Source of the DNA: a virus
Taxonomy: Duplodnaviria; Caudoviricetes
Virus record (IMG/VR): IMGVR_UViG_3300035208_007487
DNA: 64,000 nucleotides
Direction: 5' to 3' (one strand)
Part shown: one piece after another, positions 37,805 to 47,853 of the stretch
Layout: each line of letters opens with the position of its first letter
Numbering within the stretch: the stretch's first letter is position 1
Program-made: the position numbers and the translations under genes
Notes under the pieces: model-generated
Told to the model about the DNA's origin: nothing
The model's input: the letters and a program-made list of their open reading frames with translations, nothing else
Databases searched by the model: none

Positions 37805-38452
37805 ATGAATCCAGATATATTAGAAGAAGAAATATTATCAAAAACCACTAGAATTATTATGAATAAATTAGATGAGGCTAAAATATGTAAAAGAATAAAA
37901 ATTGGAAAAATACCAAAAAATCAAATAACTAGAATGATAACAAGTACTATATCAATGGAACTACTGCAAGACTTAACTTGTTTTCATGGTATTAATATGG
38001 ATATTTCTGAAACTGTAACTTATGATATTTTGTATCAAGTGTATTGTGATCTTATTAAGTTCATTAAAGAAAAAGCAAATGTACTTAATAAAGATTATTA
38101 TCCAACAGCAGACGGGGCATTAGCTCGTATGTATGAATTATTGCATAAAGGAGATATTGTCATTAGCCCTTCCATCCCAACTATCCTAAATTTAAAATAC
38201 AAAAGAATAAACGACTATACATTACTAGATATTGAAACAAATAAATTAATGTATACTTCACCAAATATTAATGAACCATTAACTATAATAAGTGCTCCTA
38301 ATGATTTAACTATTAATATAGAAAGCATTTCTGATGAATTGAATATCAGAAAGGAAGACTTTTCTCCCCTATATACAATAAAGCTAACGTATTCATTATA
38401 TACTAACTACGAATCTCTAGAGTCTTATATTTTATCTAATCCATGTGATTAA
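37805..38452 (+). CDS. short, divergent T4 gp23/gp24 capsid-like protein
   Basis: SMELLQDLTCFHGINMD.SE...IL resembles the gp23 ELAQDL.AVHG.DA.AEL..IL motif. Confidence 0.5.
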   Translation: MNPDILEEEILSKTTRIIMNKLDEAKICKRIKIGKIPKNQITRMITSTISMELLQDLTCFHGINMDISETVTYDILYQVYCDLIKFIKEKANVLNKDYYPTADGALARMYELLHKGDIVISPSIPTILNLKYKRINDYTLLDIETNKLMYTSPNINEPLTIISAPNDLTINIESISDELNIRKEDFSPLYTIKLTYSLYTNYESLESYILSNPCD

Positions 38453-38464
38453 TAAATACCTAAT

Positions 38465-39511
38465 ATGAAGCTGCTATTTAAGGGATTTATCTACGAATCT
38501 CAACAAGTCAAAATTAAGTACATTGAACCAGGAACTGAATTATATCATGGAACAGGAGAATCTATCAATGGTAATTTAGGTATTGGTGACACTGATAAAA
38601 TATTATGGTTAGCTGATAATACGGCAATTGCCCAATCATATATTCATTGTTCACTAAAAACAATGATATATTCTAAATCATTAATAGCTCCATTAAATAA
38701 AAAAGAAACAACTTTAGCTAAAATCCAAAAACAATTAGGTATTATTTTTAATATTGAATCATATGATTCTAATGGAAATCCTATTAAGTATAGTATTGTT
38801 AAACCGGATAGCTTTAATTCATCACATGAGAATAACAAAAAAACATATGAAACAAAGCTAAAACCACTATCTGATGAAATAAAAACAACTAAACATGAAC
38901 TAGATAAGGTAAATGCCGAAATAGTCAAATACTTAAAAGATAAATCATATAAAATAAATACGCAAGAACTAGATTCAAAATACATGAACTTGTCAGCTAA
39001 ATTGGAGGAATTAAATAAAAAATATTCTAAAATCCAATCTTCAAATCCAGATCCAACCCAAAGTAAAATAAAATACGTAGATGATAAATTAAAAGAATAT
39101 GGATATACTGGAGACTATCAAAATAAATATGATGGATCAATATACAATCTATACCTAGATGAAGATGATAATCTTCTACCTTATGATCATCAAGATATGG
39201 GAAAATTATATATCGTTAAACCAAAAAGAAGACTCAAATTTTTAGATATGTCTAGCGGAATATCAGATGAAGATTACTTGCTTTATAATGATCTTGAATT
39301 ATTGAGAAGAACAGAAAAACAAGGATACGATGGAATTATAATTGATGATATAGCGCAGCATGATAAATTAGGAAATGTTCCCCATATTAGCTATGGTGTG
39401 TTTAAAAAAACAATCCCAGATCTGGAAATTGAATCTATTAATGCTTGCCACCCTAAAGAAATAAAAAATGAACCAACCTCAGAGTATTCTAAATATAAAG
39501 AATCAAAATGA
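38465..39511 (+). CDS. ADP-ribosyltransferase-fold protein with coiled-coil insert and MK..YE tag
   Basis: LYHGT...LWLADNTAIAQSY...GYDGIIIDD...YGVF; AATAAATA upstream. Confidence 0.65.
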   Translation: MKLLFKGFIYESQQVKIKYIEPGTELYHGTGESINGNLGIGDTDKILWLADNTAIAQSYIHCSLKTMIYSKSLIAPLNKKETTLAKIQKQLGIIFNIESYDSNGNPIKYSIVKPDSFNSSHENNKKTYETKLKPLSDEIKTTKHELDKVNAEIVKYLKDKSYKINTQELDSKYMNLSAKLEELNKKYSKIQSSNPDPTQSKIKYVDDKLKEYGYTGDYQNKYDGSIYNLYLDEDDNLLPYDHQDMGKLYIVKPKRRLKFLDMSSGISDEDYLLYNDLELLRRTEKQGYDGIIIDDIAQHDKLGNVPHISYGVFKKTIPDLEIESINACHPKEIKNEPTSEYSKYKESK

Positions 39512-39710
39512 AAATAGTATATAATGCCTTTTAATATGAAAGTATAGACAATCTACCATTCCCACCTAAAGGATCTATACCTACAGCCCATATTCCAATT
39601 TTTTCTACTTTTAAAGGCATCAAAGATCAGCTAGATAGTTTTACTCAACCTGTTGGATTGATTTGGGTAATTGCTGCATATGATTCAATTAACCATATTA
39701 TATTAATGGG
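39508..39710 (+). pseudogene. MK..YE-tag gene with nonsense codon, interrupted by the 444-bp element
   Basis: MKIVYNAF*YESIDN..., TAA at 39532-39534; frame open up to the insertion. Confidence 0.6.
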
Positions 39711-40154
39711 TTCGTAGCAGCACATTAATCTCTAAATAAAAGTATGCAAAGTTATGTAAAAAGGATATAAATTTGCATATTTTTAATTTTAATGAAAAAA
39801 TAAGATATTTGCAGTAATTTTTTGTTATACTTAATATTAGATGAAGAGGCGGTTGTAAGACCGCCACATCAAGCAAAAACCACGCTTGATGATTCAACAT
39901 CTGATTGTTGGCCAATGGCCAACAGCCCCGACTAGAAATAGTCAAAGAGTTGTGTAAATACAACAATTGTACTTGAAAAACAGTACTGGATACGGGAAGT
40001 TCTCCCGGAATCCGGCTTTGCCTAGGCAAAGCCTAACGCTTGCAGAGATCGGAGGTTTCAGTTTGGTGAAAGTCAAACAGTGCGGGTCGTTGAAGCAAGA
40101 AATCAAAAGTACAAAATCAGGCTTGCCTAGTTTTGCACACTTTTGGTGGAACGG
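39711..40154 (+). mobile_element. 444-bp non-autonomous IS607-type element carrying omegaRNA, copy 1
   Basis: TGGG|TTCGTAGCAGC...TAGTTTTGC..GAACGG; near-identical to 56681-57124; 3' part homologous to the tnpB tail. Confidence 0.85.
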
Positions 40155-40206
40155 TTATCTTCCCATTTTATGATTAGTTTAATTTCACTCATGTTATCTC
40201 CTATTC

Positions 40207-40497
40207 TTATTTAATTAAATATTTATTTTTACCATTGGAATCAACATATTCCGTAGTAAAATTCGTATGATAGCATGTACGATAATGTTTATTAAACTTA
40301 GGAATATAATCTTTTAATTCTTGAGAAGTATGTATTGGTAATTCATTAATCTTTAAATTAGGATAAGAATAATATGTATATGGAGTAGCATTGTTTTGCA
40401 TATATTTCACTAATCGAATTGGTTCTTCAATTATATTTTTCACAATTAATCCTTTATGCTGAATAGTTAGCTGCAATGGTTCTTTTATTAAGTCCAA
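40207..40497 (-). CDS. partial CxxGFH-family paralog
   Basis: EPIRLVKYM.N.ATPY...LP matches the N-terminus of 40454-40960. Confidence 0.55.
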   Translation of the reverse strand: MDLIKEPLQLTIQHKGLIVKNIIEEPIRLVKYMQNNATPYTYYSYPNLKINELPIHTSQELKDYIPKFNKHYRTCYHTNFTTEYVDSNGKNKYLIK

Positions 40498-40960
40498 ATA
40501 AATTGAAAATACTTGGGCGATCTTTCAAGGTTAGTAAATCATCATAATTAGCAACTCCAGCAGCTTTAGCCTTCGTAATAATATTAGCAATATATCTATC
40601 AGTAATCAGTGCAGAGTACTTAGACTCAAGTTGGCTAATGAATTTCATATTTTGGCAAGAAAGTTTAATTTTATTCCCTTCAATTTCATCATACTCATCA
40701 ATAAAGTTAACGTCTAGCACTCCACTTACTTCAACTAAATAAGCATCCAATTTAAGATCTCCCCAAAATTGAATACCTTCAATTGGAACTGCATGATATC
40801 CATACTTGCAGTTTTCAACTTTTAATCCCAAAAATTTAGAATATTTACGGCTAGGCAAATTATTTAAATCTAAATCATCATAACCGCATAGTTGGTATGG
40901 AGCATACCCGTTATGTAAAAATTTAACAAGTTTTATTGGTTGTCTAGTATATATTTTCAT
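40454..40960 (-). CDS. CxxGFH-family paralog
   Basis: CKYGYHAVP...AYLVEVSG...KLSCQNMKFI. Confidence 0.75.
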   Translation of the reverse strand: MKIYTRQPIKLVKFLHNGYAPYQLCGYDDLDLNNLPSRKYSKFLGLKVENCKYGYHAVPIEGIQFWGDLKLDAYLVEVSGVLDVNFIDEYDEIEGNKIKLSCQNMKFISQLESKYSALITDRYIANIITKAKAAGVANYDDLLTLKDRPSIFNLFGLNKRTIAANYSA

Positions 40961-41805
40961 CGGAACTCCTGCAAATACTGTTTATTGAAAGTAGGAATAG
41001 TTATTTTAGGCAAAGGCTCTAATCCAGTTCTAGCTAATTTCCAATAATTTAATGTGGTTGGGTCAGGTTGGAAATTCAAATTTTTGCATCTTGTTAGTAT
41101 AATATCAAATACTTTAGATGCTTTATTTTCACCGAGTAGATAAAAAGTAGATTTAATAATTCGAGTAATTCTTAGATGATTATGATCGTGCATTACTGCC
41201 CATTTACTAGTTCTATTATAATAATCCAATAATTTATCTAACCCATTTAGGAAATTTGCAATTGCATCTGAGGAATCTTTAATTTGCTTTTCTACTTCAG
41301 GTGTTAAGACTGGAACAACGAAATTAAATAAGCTAGCTTCTCTTAGTGGAAATATCCATTGAATATAATCATGGCATCTTTCTAAATTACGATCACTGAA
41401 TCGCATAATATCTGAAAAAAATCTGCCTTCATCATTTTTAACTTTATCACTAAGAAAATCACATAGATTTACTGTAGATGGAAGTAATGGTACAAAATCT
41501 CCAAAAACATCTTCATAATCAAGCGGAACTGAGGGAAGCAATTCATCTTTAATTTTTAATATTTCATTTGGATTAAATGTAGATATCATTGAAGAGTTAC
41601 AATAAACATATCTATTCTTTTTAATACTATTTGCTATCCTTTTTTGTTCACTAGCCATAGGCATAATTGAAAAGAAAGCTTTGAAGTGATCATATAAAAA
41701 TAACCACTCTGTTGCACTAAGAGTATCATGAAACCACATATTGCAAAATTCTGAATAATAAAATTTGTCAGCTAATATTTCTTTAGGGTTAAGTTTTTTT
41801 GTCAT
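40957..41805 (-). CDS. OGFr (opioid growth factor receptor) N-domain-like protein
   Basis: LERCHDYIQWIFPL.E.S.FN...HNHLRITRIIKS...T..YW. Confidence 0.8.
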   Translation of the reverse strand: MTKKLNPKEILADKFYYSEFCNMWFHDTLSATEWLFLYDHFKAFFSIMPMASEQKRIANSIKKNRYVYCNSSMISTFNPNEILKIKDELLPSVPLDYEDVFGDFVPLLPSTVNLCDFLSDKVKNDEGRFFSDIMRFSDRNLERCHDYIQWIFPLREASLFNFVVPVLTPEVEKQIKDSSDAIANFLNGLDKLLDYYNRTSKWAVMHDHNHLRITRIIKSTFYLLGENKASKVFDIILTRCKNLNFQPDPTTLNYWKLARTGLEPLPKITIPTFNKQYLQEFR

Positions 41806-42170
41806 ATAGAAGTAGCTCCGTTATCCTTTGTATATTTAAAGTTACCATATTCTGGATGTTCTGTTAAATATTCGTTAATATTGACTTCTACTGAACTATT
41901 GATTTTCAAATCATGCCCAATAGATATTTTATTGAAATTAGGTATAGCTGAATGTTTGGTTAATAATTCTCTAAAAGTAATATTATTATATAAAAATAAT
42001 GTTTTACCTTTTTTAGTTATAAAGAATTCTCGCCAATAATTATTATTTTCATCATCATCTTCCCAATCAATAATTACAAATAAATCTACATCTTTTTGGT
42101 ATAGAACAGTTAAAGGGCCATCAAACCAAAGAATATCCATTACATATTCTCCAAAAGGCGATGCATTCAT
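41802..42170 (-). CDS. hypothetical protein
   Basis: operonic ORF with WFDGPL motif. Confidence 0.65.
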   Translation of the reverse strand: MNASPFGEYVMDILWFDGPLTVLYQKDVDLFVIIDWEDDDENNNYWREFFITKKGKTLFLYNNITFRELLTKHSAIPNFNKISIGHDLKINSSVEVNINEYLTEHPEYGNFKYTKDNGATSI

Positions 42171-42173
42171 TTC

Positions 42174-42446
42174 TTATACTCCAAATATTTTGTTAAACCA
42201 ACTAGATTTCTGCTTTGGCTCCGAAGTAGTTAGAATTGCAGATTCATCTTCAGCAATTTTTCTTTTAAATTCTGAATATGATTTGGAATCAGAATATTTC
42301 ATCTTACTCTTATATCGTTGAAATAGTTCTTCTAATAATTTTGCTTTATTGGGCTTTTTTACAGGATCTATCTTTCTAGTATCAACATAATCAATAGGCT
42401 CATTCCCTTCGTCCCATTTCTTCACATAGATATTTTTAATATTCAC
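42174..42446 (-). CDS. hypothetical protein
   Basis: operonic ORF. Confidence 0.6.
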   Translation of the reverse strand: MNIKNIYVKKWDEGNEPIDYVDTRKIDPVKKPNKAKLLEELFQRYKSKMKYSDSKSYSEFKRKIAEDESAILTTSEPKQKSSWFNKIFGV

Positions 42447-42448
42447 AC

Positions 42449-42634
42449 TTAAAGCTTTCTTTTTATTTTTGTACCAAAATGTATTATAGTTCTAGTTCCA
42501 TCTGCAAAATCTGTTAAATCAGTATCACATTCAGGGCAATCGTCAGATGGAACTTTTCCTTTAGCTATGCAATAATCTGATCTATGATCTTGACCACAGT
42601 GATTACAACGAATTATTTCGATATTATTGGGCAA
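42449..42634 (-). CDS. small Zn-ribbon protein
   Basis: CNHC...CPEC. Confidence 0.65.
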   Translation of the reverse strand: MPNNIEIIRCNHCGQDHRSDYCIAKGKVPSDDCPECDTDLTDFADGTRTIIHFGTKIKRKL

Positions 42635-42971
42635 GAAAAGCCTTAAATTCTTTTATTTTAGATAATCTTCCTTTTAAATATGATTCATGTATTTTTTCTT
42701 CAAATAATTCTTTAAATTTATTTAAAGGAATATTCTTAATAACAAGATCAAGTAAATAATCATCAATTATTTCATATTCTTTATTTTCAATAAGTCGGCT
42801 AAGTTTAATACCTTCTATAGTATTTTTAAGTATACTAAAACCACTTCCTAATTCTGTATAAACAATCCAATATGATTTAGAATTTTGAGAAACACTGCTT
42901 TTAATTGGAAGACCCATATTAATAGAGCTATTTAATGTATCGCCACTTCCAATGGTAAAATCATCCCACAT
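42624..42971 (-). CDS. hypothetical protein
   Basis: AGGAG RBS. Confidence 0.65.
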   Translation of the reverse strand: MWDDFTIGSGDTLNSSINMGLPIKSSVSQNSKSYWIVYTELGSGFSILKNTIEGIKLSRLIENKEYEIIDDYLLDLVIKNIPLNKFKELFEEKIHESYLKGRLSKIKEFKAFLAQ

Positions 42972-43410
42972 TTATTGTCTCCTGATATTTTGAACTTGTA
43001 AGTTTTACTTGTGAGTTGGATTTTCTAATAGATTCTAAGGATCTGGATATTTGCTCAATAGTAAATTTGTTTAAATATTCAAATTCACCGTAGCATAAAA
43101 CTGTCAAAACTACTAAAGTTTCTTTACTAATAGTGAAAAGTAAATAGTTAGATTTCAAATAATAATTATGCCGATTCTTTTTGATATCCATTTGCAGATG
43201 TTTTTCATCAATAAATGGAGTGCTATTGTAAAAGAATTCTTTAAATAATTCAATCTTTTTGTATATTGGCTCATTTAAGATATTTTTATATAATATTGAA
43301 TATCTGAGTGAGAATCTATGTAAGGCATGTTTAGATACTTTTAAAGTTAATTCATTCCCATTATCATCAGTTACATTTAATTCCATATTATAGATGAGAT
43401 TATCAAACAT
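42961..43410 (-). CDS. hypothetical protein with SKHA..RF motif
   Basis: VSKHALHRFSLR...VLTV. Confidence 0.65.
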   Translation of the reverse strand: MFDNLIYNMELNVTDDNGNELTLKVSKHALHRFSLRYSILYKNILNEPIYKKIELFKEFFYNSTPFIDEKHLQMDIKKNRHNYYLKSNYLLFTISKETLVVLTVLCYGEFEYLNKFTIEQISRSLESIRKSNSQVKLTSSKYQETINVG

Positions 43411-43473
43411 GGCTAAATTCCTTAAATGATATTATTTGTCAGAAATCCATTTTCCATCAATAAGATTGTAAAT

Positions 43474-44908
43474 CCGTTCTAACAAATCTATGCAAAACTA
43501 TGCTCACCTTACGGCTCGCACTCAAGATGCAGAGCATGATTTTGCGATTTGAATTCTTGTTTCATAGACGAACACTGTTCCGTTAGGAACTGTAACCTTT
43601 CATCTCCACAAGCGTCACTTCCGGTGGAACTCACCGTAGATTCACCCGAAGGTGAATGTTTATCAATCATCCAAAGACCTAGATATTGTAGATTTTTAGC
43701 GGCATTGACATCTCGATCAAGATGCGTTCCACAATAGCTACAAGTCCATTCTCTATCTGATAGTTTTAAGTCATTATGTTTATGTCCACAAACACTACAA
43801 TACTTTGAAGATGCATAAAAGGCTGGAGCCATAATTAAATGAACACCATTCCATGCACACTTATACTTCAAAGTATCCTTAATCTTACCAAAGGAAGAAT
43901 CCAAAACTGCACTTGCTAGTTTGTGATTCTTGGACATATTCTTTGGTTTTAATGTTTCAATAACTATGACCTTTGGCTTGGTTTTCACCAAAGATGTTGT
44001 CAACTTATGCACACTGTCATTGCGGATGTCCGCAACTCTCTTGTGAATTCGTGACAACTTTGTTATTGCTTTCTGCTTATTTTTACTTCCTTTAACTCTA
44101 CGAGAAACCATTCTTTGATACCTTTTGAGTTTCACTAAATGTTTCTTGTAGGCTTTAGGGTTCTCGAAGGTTTCACCTTCACTGGTGATTGCTAACTCTT
44201 TTATACCTAAATCTACACCTAGAATATCACATTCTTCTATAGATTCTATTGAAGCTAAATCAGGCACATCAACTGTTTCTGGTAATAAGAATGAGACATA
44301 CCATCTATCACACTGTCTTGAAACAGTAGCTTGTGATAGCAAACACTTACCTTCGAGAATTGGGTAGTTCCTTTCCTTGAGTCTGATCTTTCCTAGATTT
44401 GGAAGTTGAACATAGTCAGATGCAATGTAGACTGAACCTGTCAATCGGAATGAATCTCTTTGTCCACGCTTCTTGAATTTAGGATAACCCGACTTATTAA
44501 TAAAGAATCGTTTAAATGCTACTTCTAGATCTCTTAATGCCTCTTGACCACAGCATTTAGAGGTTTCTCTTATCCAAGGAAGTTCAGTTTTTAATAAAAC
44601 CCAATCTTTATGCCAATCAATAGCTGATCCGAAAGTAGACGGGACTTTATTTAATCCATACATAATAGCTAAGGCTTTATTAGCTTCATATTCACTTATA
44701 AGTTTATCTAATTTCCAATTATAGGCAAAGCGAGAAGTTCCTGCGCTCTTAGCGCAGAGAACTCTTTGACTTTGATTGAGCTTTAACTCAAGCCTATAAC
44801 CACGCATCTTCATCTGTTATTATTTATTCCTCTTTTTTTGTATGAAATGTCAAGTAGTTTTGCTCAAGTTTGCCTAGTTTTGCGTAGATTTATTGGAGCA
44901 GCTACTAA
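43474..44908 (-). mobile_element. tnpB-only IS607-type element (1435 bp)
   Basis: left end AGGG|TTAGTAGCTGC with GCAAAACTA repeats; right end TAGTTTTGC..GAACGG; removal restores ...NLEKG-IYNLIDGKWISDK*. Confidence 0.85.
43509..44813 (-). CDS. tnpB: RNA-guided endonuclease TnpB
   Basis: intact RuvC D/E/D motifs and Zn finger; close paralog of 31256-32545. Confidence 0.92.
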   Translation of the reverse strand: MKMRGYRLELKLNQSQRVLCAKSAGTSRFAYNWKLDKLISEYEANKALAIMYGLNKVPSTFGSAIDWHKDWVLLKTELPWIRETSKCCGQEALRDLEVAFKRFFINKSGYPKFKKRGQRDSFRLTGSVYIASDYVQLPNLGKIRLKERNYPILEGKCLLSQATVSRQCDRWYVSFLLPETVDVPDLASIESIEECDILGVDLGIKELAITSEGETFENPKAYKKHLVKLKRYQRMVSRRVKGSKNKQKAITKLSRIHKRVADIRNDSVHKLTTSLVKTKPKVIVIETLKPKNMSKNHKLASAVLDSSFGKIKDTLKYKCAWNGVHLIMAPAFYASSKYCSVCGHKHNDLKLSDREWTCSYCGTHLDRDVNAAKNLQYLGLWMIDKHSPSGESTVSSTGSDACGDERLQFLTEQCSSMKQEFKSQNHALHLECEP

Positions 44909-45166
44909 CCCTTTCTCTAGATTCTTGTTAAAACATTGACAATTATTATGTCCACCTGTTTCATATTGAACATCACTCATTTCAAATGCAGCCCAAATAG
45001 CAGGCCATCCTGCATACTCTACTATATCTGAAAACACCTGATCATCTATTGACAGAGAAACACTAGTATACGACTTATTGAGAATAGGATCTTTACAATA
45101 AATAGCAATTCGACTAATTTTGACTTTTTTGCAAGCTCTTAAAAATCTAGTTGTCGTCTCATTCAT
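44864..45166 (-). CDS. hypothetical protein, 3' end displaced by the tnpB element
   Basis: GAGGAG RBS; native C-terminus lies beyond 43473. Confidence 0.65.
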   Translation of the reverse strand: MNETTTRFLRACKKVKISRIAIYCKDPILNKSYTSVSLSIDDQVFSDIVEYAGWPAIWAAFEMSDVQYETGGHNNCQCFNKNLEKGLVAAPINLRKTRQT

Positions 45167-45268
45167 AAGGCACTCCTCTCGCTGGTCAAAGGTTACTATG
45201 AATATAATAATAAGTGAGGGGGGTGTCAATCTTGATGTTACAAGGCGTTAAAATTTTATTACTATTTT

Positions 45269-45958
45269 TTGATGCTATATTGGAGCCTCGATTCAATCAA
45301 ATCAATAAGCCACTTAAAGTATTTGTTTGCAAAAGATAATCAGGGATTAATTTTCAAATTTAAATTATCTGGAGCTATTAGTGGAAAGCTAAACTTAAAA
45401 GAAGCAGTAGTTGAGCCAATTGATAGTGTACTAAGTTTAACATATATATCTTCAAATATTACCGATGTGCTAAAAAGCTATAATTTTGTAGATGAGCATA
45501 ATGTTAGATATATTTTAATGATTAAAGAATTTGCAAAATATCCAGATCTTTTTGTATGCAATTTACGTAAGAAAAATGAATTGTTAGTTAAATGCGCAGA
45601 TACAGTAGGTAATCCCAAAAAATTCGGATATCCATTATTGAATAGTTATGATATATATAAAGTTGATAATATTCAATGGGATCCCTCAATTAAAGATGCC
45701 CCTAAAGATATTACAGAAATTAGCCGAAATGATGCAATTATATTACGATTTATTTGCAAAGATTGCGGCAAAAATACTATAAGTAGTTCTGATTATTATA
45801 TGGTAAATAATAACATTTGGAAGAAATATGGTGTTGATGGCATGCTTTGTTTAAAATGTTTAGAGAGAAGGATTGGAAGAAAATTAGTATTTGAAGATTT
45901 CACAGATTGTTTATTAAATCGTAATAATGAATTTGTTAAAGGATTGGCGAAGCAATGA
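45269..45958 (+). CDS. hypothetical protein with C-terminal Zn finger
   Basis: CKDC...YMV...W...LCLKCLERRIGR.L...DF. Confidence 0.7.
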   Translation: MMLYWSLDSIKSISHLKYLFAKDNQGLIFKFKLSGAISGKLNLKEAVVEPIDSVLSLTYISSNITDVLKSYNFVDEHNVRYILMIKEFAKYPDLFVCNLRKKNELLVKCADTVGNPKKFGYPLLNSYDIYKVDNIQWDPSIKDAPKDITEISRNDAIILRFICKDCGKNTISSSDYYMVNNNIWKKYGVDGMLCLKCLERRIGRKLVFEDFTDCLLNRNNEFVKGLAKQ

Positions 45959-46338
45959 ATACAATATTTGAAATAGGTTCGTTAATTTGGAATCATTTAG
46001 TATTATATAATCTAATTGGAGTTGTTGTATTAATTGGGGTATTATATATTGAAATTAGAAGAGATGTTGGGCTTGCTTACAGTGTAGCTAATCCTTGTCT
46101 ATTAGTATTAATTCCATTATGGCCTTTGCTTATATTGGAGCAGTTAGTTATTGCCGCTATTTTATTAGGACTACATTATTATCACCCCCGAATTAAGAAA
46201 CCAATACATAAAGAAAATATCGTTTCATTTGATGCAAATTCAATGTATACTACTAGTATACTGCCGAATGATTCAAGGTTTTCTAGTTTCATATCACCAG
46301 ATGAACGTAGGAGTAATAATGAAATTGCGATTAAATAA
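45955..46338 (+). CDS. membrane protein
   Basis: hydrophobic segments. Confidence 0.6.
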   Translation: MNTIFEIGSLIWNHLVLYNLIGVVVLIGVLYIEIRRDVGLAYSVANPCLLVLIPLWPLLILEQLVIAAILLGLHYYHPRIKKPIHKENIVSFDANSMYTTSILPNDSRFSSFISPDERRSNNEIAIK

Positions 46339-46813
46339 GCCAATTAAACTACTCAAGTTTATGTGTGATGGTTTCACTCCATTTACAGGTAAGGAATTTG
46401 AAAATTTAAACGATGAATACTTACCTTCAAAAATATATAAAATAGATGACCCGCAAAAAATTGAACAATGTAAATGGGGATACCATGCTGTACCTATTGA
46501 TGGTATTGAAGGCTGGGTTGAACCCAACTATAGCGCATATATTGTTGAAGTAAGTGGAGTGATTGATATTAAAAGATCTCACAGATTTAGTAAAATTGCG
46601 GCTGAAAATATTCAATTCATTGCAAAAATTCCAAATTATTTGTGGAAAATTCAAAATTCTAATGATGAGAGAGATTGTCTTTTGCATATTGACTCTGCTG
46701 AAATATTGCAGGATATTGCTAAAGAAAAAGGAGTGATTTCTTTATCTTGGTGGAGAATGGGATTATATATAATGCTGGCTATTTTATATAAACATTGCAA
46801 TAATCAGGAGTAA
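46319..46813 (+). CDS. CxxGFH-family paralog
   Basis: CKWGYHAVP...AYIVEVSG...KIAAENIQFI; AGGAG RBS. Confidence 0.75.
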   Translation: MKLRLNKPIKLLKFMCDGFTPFTGKEFENLNDEYLPSKIYKIDDPQKIEQCKWGYHAVPIDGIEGWVEPNYSAYIVEVSGVIDIKRSHRFSKIAAENIQFIAKIPNYLWKIQNSNDERDCLLHIDSAEILQDIAKEKGVISLSWWRMGLYIMLAILYKHCNNQE

Positions 46814-46817
46814 TATA

Positions 46818-47321
46818 ATGAAGAAACTGATTTTAAGTATTTTAATTCTATTAGCTACTCAAGTATTTTCAAGCTCACCTAAAATACCTGCAAATTTTGC
46901 ATATATGGGTAATAATGATGGGATTATTACTTATTATGATTCATCTGATTTAGATATTCATGCAAAAGTAAATACAGAAGATTCGACATATCATGTATAT
47001 GTTTGGATAGCTAATTTAATTAATAATAGTGAAACGCATCATAAAGATTTATTGGTTATTACTAATGATGAGATTGTTTGCAAAGTATCTGGTAAATCTA
47101 TTATATCTGGAATACCTTATATTACTTGCGATAATTTAACTTTCAATGTATTATCAGGATCAGCTTGCTTATACTCAAAAAACAAGATGCCTAAATGCGA
47201 TATAGTTATTGACAAGAATACTAATGATGTAATAATCCCTGGATCATTAATGTGGCAATGGTGGCCTGTAATGTCAATTAAAGGACTACTTAGCCTAGCT
47301 AAAACAATACCTGTTGAATAA
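46818..47321 (+). CDS. secreted protein
   Basis: signal peptide; YYDSSDL...HVYVW. Confidence 0.7.
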   Translation: MKKLILSILILLATQVFSSSPKIPANFAYMGNNDGIITYYDSSDLDIHAKVNTEDSTYHVYVWIANLINNSETHHKDLLVITNDEIVCKVSGKSIISGIPYITCDNLTFNVLSGSACLYSKNKMPKCDIVIDKNTNDVIIPGSLMWQWWPVMSIKGLLSLAKTIPVE

Positions 47322-47331
47322 GGAGCGCAAT

Positions 47332-47853
47332 ATGAAATATGATCCAAAACTGTCAAGATATGCTATAAAATATCTGTATAAGAATAAAGAGACTGGTAAG
47401 TTATTTGGCCCGATTAAAGATTTTGAATATAAAGTTGGGAAATGGTGTACTATTAAAGGCAAAGTAAAAGCATGTGAAAATGGATTCCATGTTCCATCTT
47501 ATAATGATATATTCTTAGAAAATTATTCATGGTATGATGAATATGCTAAACGTAATGATTATCAAGTTAATGACTTAATAATTGCATTAGTTGAAGTGAG
47601 CGGATATTTATCTAACACAAGTTATGGTTATTGCCATTTAGATACTGGCAAAATAGCATTTAAAAGAATTAAAATAATTAAAGAAATAACGATTGATATA
47701 TCTTCATTGCCATTGGAAGGTGAAGGTTCAAGATGGGCCGCTATTCTTAATATAGTAAATAAATTGAATAAAAAATATCGTACAATTTATCATGAAGATT
47801 TTGACAAATATGTTTTTACTAATAGACTTAATAATACATATCTAATCAAATGA
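47332..47853 (+). CDS. CxxGFH-family paralog
   Basis: FEYKVGKW...CENGFHV...LVEVSG...KIAFKRIKIIKEI. Confidence 0.78.
   Translation: MKYDPKLSRYAIKYLYKNKETGKLFGPIKDFEYKVGKWCTIKGKVKACENGFHVPSYNDIFLENYSWYDEYAKRNDYQVNDLIIALVEVSGYLSNTSYGYCHLDTGKIAFKRIKIIKEITIDISSLPLEGEGSRWAAILNIVNKLNKKYRTIYHEDFDKYVFTNRLNNTYLIK

Noticed and set aside
39711-40154. IStron group I intron or hammerhead ribozyme in the 444-bp element
   Set aside because: GACTA/TAGTC form a local GAAA hairpin rather than P7; no other group I core motifs and no CUGAnGA/GAAA hammerhead geometry.
39703-40173. ORFs 39703-40029, 39967-40173, 56664-57068 and the N-terminus of 56937
   Set aside because: Incidental frames across the repeated RNA element, without clear RBS.
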